Of a stretch of 10,895 nt of DNA, positions 6,844 through 10,895 are shown piece by piece; position 1 is the first letter of the stretch, and each line of letters opens with the position of its first letter. A program made the translations under genes and the position numbers. Origin of the DNA: a virus; UHGV virus genome UHGV-1779514; one strand, 5' to 3'. Below the pieces are notes generated by a model. That model ran no database searches and had not been told where the DNA came from. It saw only the letters and a program-made list of their open reading frames with translations.

Positions 6844-6876
6844 AAAACGTGATGAGTGTACATCACGTTTTAAAAA
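6838..6876 (-). terminator. hairpin terminator after the GT8-like gene (stem AAAACGTGATG / CATCACGTTTT, loop 6855..6860); A-run upstream and T-run downstream, so potentially bidirectional
   Basis: 11-bp inverted repeat at 6844..6854 and 6861..6871. Minus-sense RNA has UUUUUUAUUA after the stem. Stem is moderately AT-rich, so strength is uncertain. Confidence 0.45.
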
Positions 6877-6898
6877 TATGGAATTATTAGAGCAATAT
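6868..6898. repeat. upstream copy of the ~30-bp imperfect direct repeat (TTTTAAAAAT-N7-TTATTAGAGCAAT) at the cassette boundary
   Basis: See 4727..4757. This copy ends 2 nt before the GT8-like gene's TAA stop (6898..6900). Confidence 0.6.
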
Positions 6899-7599
6899 TA
6901 TTCTGATTCTCGCTCAAAAAATGAGCTGATAAGGGGAAGCCAATCCTCTGACACTTCGCGAGGTCGCGGTTTGCCGTGGAAAAAGATTATTCGGCAGTCT
7001 TTTGGTAATGCCCCATTCCCCCTGGAGTAACGCGCGCTCGCATATTTTGAACCAGGTTCCACAACATCGGCCTTGTAACTTACAAACCATCCTGGATACA
7101 GATCCTGAAATGCTGGTGTATCATCGCCCATAACCTTTCGTAAGAACCCCTGGTCACCCCAACACTCAGTAGTGACACAACGAGAAATCCAACCTTCCGG
7201 ATCTTGCCAGAATGCACTCCAGATATGCGCTTTAACACTATTTGGTATCCACAGGGCACCGCTGCCACGATATTGTGGATGGTAAAAATCCCTAAGCATG
7301 GTGAAGCTGGTTGGTGGATGCTCTAGGATTGGGCGTATATCACCGGCAATAACCGTGTCCAAATCCAGATAGAACAGATCATCGGTTATATCCGGTCGGA
7401 ACAACTCGATTTTCGCCCACCAGCCACGGCACTTTTGCCACTGGTTGATCAATGGGACAACTTTGACGCCAGGTACATGTAAACGCTTCAGGTCTGTCAG
7501 GCAAATAATTTCATAGCCTTTTGGCAGTTGATTAACCAGCCACTGCACATCGGAAGCGTTATAGTCACCACCAGAGCGAAAAACTAAAGCAATCTTCAT
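6898..7599 (-). CDS. GT8-family-like (glycogenin / LPS alpha-glycosyltransferase-like) putative retaining glycosyltransferase, 233 aa
   Basis: ORF track entry. Ordered motifs resemble GT8 as I recall it: N-terminal ALVF..GGDY, DxD-type LDLDT near aa 80, GDQG near aa 150, FFHGKPRP near the C-terminus. ATG at 7599..7597 overlaps the phosphatase TGA (ATGA); AGGTGA 9 nt upstream. Confidence 0.5.
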   Translation of the reverse strand: MKIALVFRSGGDYNASDVQWLVNQLPKGYEIICLTDLKRLHVPGVKVVPLINQWQKCRGWWAKIELFRPDITDDLFYLDLDTVIAGDIRPILEHPPTSFTMLRDFYHPQYRGSGALWIPNSVKAHIWSAFWQDPEGWISRCVTTECWGDQGFLRKVMGDDTPAFQDLYPGWFVSYKADVVEPGSKYASARYSRGNGALPKDCRIIFFHGKPRPREVSEDWLPLISSFFERESE

Positions 7600-8273
7600 G
7601 CTGCACCATCACCTTTCACTTTCATCAATGTCAGGTTTCCGCAAAATACGGCACCAGTGTCGATATACTGCTGATTCCAGAATGTCTTCGGGCTTTTCAC
7701 CGGAGTGTGACCAAAGATAAAACGATCTGCGCCCGAAATTTCGCCACCAATATCATCCATCGAATCACTGATACGCTCGCGCGCCCAGACAACGTTGAAA
7801 AGCGGCACCTCCTTACCGAATTGGTATTCATTATCCGGATAGTCGGCATGGGCTATAACGATAGTTTCTTGCCCGGTGTTCAACTCAATGATATAGGGCA
7901 GACGCTTTACCAGCTCCACCAGCGCCCAGGCTAATATTTCCTGATCAGTGTCCAGCATGAAGAACCATTGTCCGCCATTCATTAGCCAGTTATTCACGTT
8001 GCCATCTGGACTTAACGCATCAATCATCAGCCGCTCATGGTTCCCCATCACTGCCCTGAACCAGGGCATCTGCAATAGTTCCAGACATTCGACATTTTCA
8101 GTACCGCGATCGATAAGGTCGCCGACCGATATCAGTAAATCCTGCGCCGGGTCAAAATCCACACGATGGAGTTCGGACATCAGTCTGGTGTAGCAACCAT
8201 GCAGATCACCAACAACCCAGACATTCCTGTATTTGGTACCGTCGATACGGTGATAAATTGTGGGTGCCATCAT
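7596..8273 (-). CDS. lambda-type (PPP family) Ser/Thr protein phosphatase / metallophosphoesterase, ~225 aa
   Basis: Canonical GDLHG, GDLIDRG and GNHE motifs, with the overall sequence closely resembling lambda PPase and E. coli PrpA/PrpB as I recall them. Track ORF starts at 8288; the ATG at 8273..8271 overlaps the upstream TGA (ATGA) and matches the lambda PPase N-terminal length, so I prefer it. Confidence 0.85.
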   Translation of the reverse strand: MMAPTIYHRIDGTKYRNVWVVGDLHGCYTRLMSELHRVDFDPAQDLLISVGDLIDRGTENVECLELLQMPWFRAVMGNHERLMIDALSPDGNVNNWLMNGGQWFFMLDTDQEILAWALVELVKRLPYIIELNTGQETIVIAHADYPDNEYQFGKEVPLFNVVWARERISDSMDDIGGEISGADRFIFGHTPVKSPKTFWNQQYIDTGAVFCGNLTLMKVKGDGAA

Positions 8274-8896
8274 GTATTCTTCAGCCATTCTTTAAGAGTC
8301 ATCTGCGGAATACCTCCCATTTTCCCGCATGAAACAACGTCAATCTGTTCACGCGCAGACTGGAATAACAAAGGCAGGTGACTTAGATTTTTTGGCGTGC
8401 CGCCGGAGTGAACGCGTAGTTCTTGCGTAGCGTCAACGCCCACCAGAGCTACATGTTTGAATCCGATATGGAAAGCCAGGTTCAGAGCACCATATGCACT
8501 ATTGCCGCTGGCAATTTCATTCTCATCTTCGCAAAGGCCGAAATGTGCGGACCAGCGCCACGCCCACCACTCGGGAGAATTCGTATTTTTTGGCTCCATG
8601 CCGCGTTCAGCCACACGACGGAAGCACAGAACGCCATCTCTGACTTCACGTTCTTTAACATCGGGTAGTGCCATGCAATAACAAACACCACGGCGACGGC
8701 GGCCACGACCAACGCGCCGCATATTGTCTGGGGATGGATCAAGGGTGAAAAAATAAGAAGCGCGGTTAAGCCAGTCGATGGCCCCATTGACCGCTATAAT
8801 CGGCACTCCGCGCGGCGCAACAAAGTTTGCGGCGCTTGGGCCACTGCCGACGATAATAACGCGATCACTGCCTCTAAATTTATTCTTGGGAAACAT
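8270..8896 (-). CDS. GT42/DUF115-like (Cst-II / Maf-like) putative nonulosonate-type glycosyltransferase, paralog B, 208 aa
   Basis: ORF track entry. N-terminal VIIVGSGPS...IIAVN, then [25 protein letters not shown] and a following HSGG. Paralogous to 8794..9456. ATG at 8896..8894 with AGGAG ~12 nt upstream. Family call from memory. Confidence 0.45.
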   Translation of the reverse strand: MFPKNKFRGSDRVIIVGSGPSAANFVAPRGVPIIAVNGAIDWLNRASYFFTLDPSPDNMRRVGRGRRRRGVCYCMALPDVKEREVRDGVLCFRRVAERGMEPKNTNSPEWWAWRWSAHFGLCEDENEIASGNSAYGALNLAFHIGFKHVALVGVDATQELRVHSGGTPKNLSHLPLLFQSAREQIDVVSCGKMGGIPQMTLKEWLKNT

Positions 8897-9456
8897 TGAA
8901 TTGCACTGCTCCTACTTGCATTCAAAATATGTAAATCTGCGTGTTTTTTGCGGGTATCCAGGAACTGCTGTTGCCATTTTGAAATAGACACCTGCGTTGG
9001 ATTCCGTAGTGCTTGAGGGTGCGCGCCATGCCAATGAAGGCCGTTTTGCAGAGAACAGTCATAGCCGACTAATACCACTACTTCAGCCCCTGATTCAGCA
9101 GCCAGACTGATAGCCTGCGCGCCGCTATTTACCCCTTCCGCCGGTCCACAATATCGCCTGTACTCCAACGAAAATGATTTCGCCGCCGCCAGGTTGGCTG
9201 TCACTTTGCGGAATCTCCCTCCCGGTATGGTGGATCCGTATTGCTTCCACCATGACAAATCACCGGCGTATAAGGCATAAATGTCATCGAACATCTGCCA
9301 GGAATTGTTAACCGCGATGATTGAACAGCCAGTTTTTTCTATAGCAGCACAGTCCTCACGAGTGAGTGACGGACCGCTACCGACACAAAAAACAGTCCTA
9401 GTCGCCCTGGGTGGTATGTTCATTCTCAGCTGCAAATTCAGCCTCCAGGCGAGCAT
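8794..9456 (-). CDS. GT42/DUF115-like (Cst-II / Maf-like) putative glycosyltransferase, paralog A, 220 aa
   Basis: ORF track entry. VFCVGSGPS...IIAVN, then NSGAQAISLAAESGAEVVVLVGYD and HWHGAH. Start could be the ATG at 9456 or at 9423; neither has a strong Shine-Dalgarno. 3' end overlaps paralog B by 103 nt in another frame. Confidence 0.45.
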   Translation of the reverse strand: MLAWRLNLQLRMNIPPRATRTVFCVGSGPSLTREDCAAIEKTGCSIIAVNNSWQMFDDIYALYAGDLSWWKQYGSTIPGGRFRKVTANLAAAKSFSLEYRRYCGPAEGVNSGAQAISLAAESGAEVVVLVGYDCSLQNGLHWHGAHPQALRNPTQVSISKWQQQFLDTRKKHADLHILNASRSSAIQCFPRINLEAVIALLSSAVAQAPQTLLRRAECRL

Positions 9457-9514
9457 TCATTTCAGCGATTACAGGGTCCACTACAGCATCTGTTTCCTGT
9501 TCATTACGCGGCAT
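9398..9514 (-). CDS. possible small acidic ORF, 38 aa from the internal ATG (MPRNEQETDAVVDPVIAEMNARLEAEFAAENEHTTQGD)
   Basis: Track ORF 9398..9586 starts at GTG with no Shine-Dalgarno; the ATG at 9514 also lacks one. Overlaps the start of paralog A. Weak call. Confidence 0.2.
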   Translation of the reverse strand: MPRNEQETDAVVDPVIAEMNARLEAEFAAENEHTTQGD

Positions 9515-9619
9515 GACCGATGCCAGCGACTCATAATTAACCTTGGATGACACGATTATTCTCCCGATGTTAAAGTGCACTACCACAAAGAGCGCACATG
9601 CACTAATTAATTTATTATT

Positions 9620-9952
9620 TTAAGCGGCATGCAACCACTTATCGCCGTTCAATACATGCTCAATAGCCTCACCCTTTTTAAGACTTATGTATTCCAGGAT
9701 GGCGGTAATCGCTTGTTCTGCACCATACGCAAGAACAACGTAGTAGCCTTCCTCTCTAAGCCTGCGCATCCAGGCGATCTGCTCTTTCGTCGGGGCTTTA
9801 CCATTTGGTTCTTTAAGCTCAATTCGCATGCCGTGATAAATACCGCATGCTTTATCGAGACTCATGTCCGGATAACCTTTTTTCTGCCCTTCAGCCTTCA
9901 TTTTCCCGGCGGTTGCTTTTGAACGCTTCCCTCCGTTAGGCGTTGCATGCAA
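9620..9952 (-). CDS. VRR-NUC domain (PD-(D/E)xK) nuclease, C-terminal portion; gene appears frame-disrupted at its 5' end
   Basis: Track ORF starts at TTG. GYPDMSL ... IELKEP ... KEQIAWMRRLREEGYYVV matches the VRR-NUC pattern (G.PD, ExK, Q..W...L...G). The same frame stays open upstream to ~10132 with no start codon, encoding CEHFEQVFIFDYFERKHPDIYEL. Confidence 0.6.
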   Translation of the reverse strand: MHATPNGGKRSKATAGKMKAEGQKKGYPDMSLDKACGIYHGMRIELKEPNGKAPTKEQIAWMRRLREEGYYVVLAYGAEQAITAILEYISLKKGEAIEHVLNGDKWLHAA

Positions 9953-10187
9953 CAGCTCATAGATGTCAGGGTGCTTGCGTTCGAAGTAATCAAAAATGAA
10001 AACCTGCTCGAAGTGCTCGCAATTTCCGTCGCGCAGGTCTGGGTTCTTTGCCAGTGCTGCAAGTGCCTTCGCATGTGGAGAAACTTCTTTTACCGGCGCA
10101 AGCGATTTTTGGTTTTTGGCCTGGACCGCCCCTTATTTCGACGCTCACTAAAAGCCTGAAACTCTTCCTCAGTAAAGCGCAACATAA

Positions 10188-10433
10188 TCAGTCAAATCCT
10201 GCCGGTCGCATGCCATATTTACGCTGTTTTGCGGCCTGCTCTTCCCTGTGCCATTGCGCACATTCAGCGTCACAATAAATGCCTGATTCAATCGATTCAT
10301 TGCAGTAACGACACTTCCCTGTAAATACCTGGCTCACGACCTGTGCCTGCTTTCTGATGTTATCGATGGCCATGTCTTTGAGAGCTTCTAACTGATTCAT
10401 GCTCAGCTCTGCATCATCAACACGTTCTGCCAA
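10188..10433 (-). CDS. TraR/DksA-family-like C4 zinc-finger protein, 81 aa
   Basis: ORF track entry. IDNIRKQ ... CRYCNESIESGIYCDAEC ... KQRK resembles TraR as I recall it (INRIRQKI ... CEAC ... CVEC ... RQRK). TTG start with GAGGAA ~6 nt upstream. My base count near 10380 disagrees by 1 nt with the track frame, so the start is +/-1. Confidence 0.5.
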   Translation of the reverse strand: MAERVDDAELSMNQLEALKDMAIDNIRKQAQVVSQVFTGKCRYCNESIESGIYCDAECAQWHREEQAAKQRKYGMRPAGFD

Positions 10434-10579
10434 TTTTGTTTCCTCGTGAAGAACCTACTTAAGGGCAGAATGATACATTTCACAATCAAAATTGCACTAA
10501 TAATTTTCTTTTATTGAGTTAAATATTCAACAAATGACTAGCAGTAGAATCACCATCATCTATTTCTGGCAGGCTGACT
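10434..10579. promoter_or_regulatory. AT-rich divergent intergenic region, likely carrying the promoter(s) of the leftward operon and of the + strand gene
   Basis: ~150 nt non-coding and AT-rich between oppositely oriented gene starts. I found no convincing -35/-10 pair by eye. Confidence 0.3.
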
Positions 10580-10696
10580 ATGGCTACATCAATCACTACA
10601 ACCCAAAGCACCCGGCAATATCCTCTGTCGCGGTATGACGACCGCAACATAGCCGATCCAATACTCAGGGCAGAGCTACGCAAAGAGGTGATGCTT

Positions 10697-10895
10697 ATGT
10701 GTGAATCGAACGACAAGAATCTGACGATTTATTACGTTCTTCCCGATGAGCAATATCGCCCGGATTTGCTGGCTTACCGTATGTGGGGCATAGCAGAGCT
10801 ACGCTGGGTTGTGACGCTCGCCGCCGGGCTTGAGGATGAGTCTCAGGGTATGACTGTTGGCAAAAAATTAAAACTCCCACCTGCCACATGGATCC
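10697..10895 (+). CDS. partial CDS, 3' end beyond window; LysM-like / phage tail protein X-like N-terminus (MCESNDKNLTIYYVLPDEQYRPDLLAYRMWGIAELRWVVTLAAGLEDESQGMTVGKKLKLPP)
   Basis: AAAGAGGTG lies 6 nt before the ATG at 10697. Frame is open to the window end with E. coli-like codon choice. An in-frame ATG at 10580 has no Shine-Dalgarno and rarer codons. Resemblance to P2 gpX is from memory and weak. Confidence 0.3.
   Translation, partial: MCESNDKNLTIYYVLPDEQYRPDLLAYRMWGIAELRWVVTLAAGLEDESQGMTVGKKLKLPPATWI

Noticed and set aside
8482-8787. 101-aa minus-strand ORF inside GT42-like paralog B (and similar alternative-frame ORFs at 7080..7268 and 5852..6109)
   Set aside because: Alternative frames of genes whose chosen frames carry recognisable motifs.
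10090-10132. Programmed -1 ribosomal frameshift as the explanation for the split VRR-NUC gene
   Set aside because: No canonical X-XXY-YYZ slippery heptamer or obvious downstream stimulatory structure; a mutation or homopolymer error is equally likely. Kept only as an open alternative in the finding.
10374-10434. Apparent 1-nt discrepancy between my hand count of the displayed bases near 10380 (tttg followed by gagag) and the frame implied by the track protein (...ALKDM...)
   Set aside because: Most likely my own counting limitation. I could not confirm a real indel, so I used the track coordinates and flagged +/-1 nt uncertainty.
10519-10889. Two minus-strand ORFs (10519..10716 and 10695..10889) at the right end
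   Set aside because: Both start at weak positions without an RBS, overlap the intergenic region, and lie antisense to the better-supported + strand gene start.
10890-10895. GGATCC (BamHI site) as the last six bases
   Set aside because: Probably a cloning or fragment boundary, not a biological feature.
1-10895. Integrase, excisionase, attachment site, tRNA, CRISPR array or IS element
   Set aside because: No DR-spacer periodicity, no tRNA-like cloverleaf, no transposase-like ORF and no tyrosine-recombinase motifs seen. The 72-aa basic ORF was considered as an excisionase-like protein but lacks a recognisable motif.

Overview
This window reads as a gene-dense accessory ('early-left/ea-type') region of an enterobacterial temperate phage or prophage. 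About 25 short, tightly packed genes lie on the minus strand (transcribed right to left), many with overlapping stop/start codons (ATGA, GTGA). Three apparent transcription units are separated by hairpin terminators. Unit 1 (10433 down to 6898): TraR/DksA-like zinc finger, a VRR-NUC nuclease that looks frameshifted, two paralogous GT42/DUF115-like putative glycosyltransferases, a lambda-type Ser/Thr phosphatase and a GT8-like glycosyltransferase. Unit 2 (6816 down to 4755): a ~2.2 kb cassette bounded by ~30-bp imperfect direct repeats, carrying a small basic protein, a 420-aa coiled-coil protein of unknown function, an internal terminator and a HAD-type phosphatase with a TTG start. Unit 3 (4656 down to 1): a 28-codon hydrophobic micro-ORF, an ASCH-like protein, small unknown ORFs, two Ead/Ea22-like paralogs and a chain of tiny coupled ORFs. 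One partial + strand gene (LysM/tail-X-like) starts at the right edge after an AT-rich divergent intergenic region. No rRNA, tRNA, CRISPR array, IS element or integrase was seen. All product calls rest on motifs recalled from memory, not on database searches.
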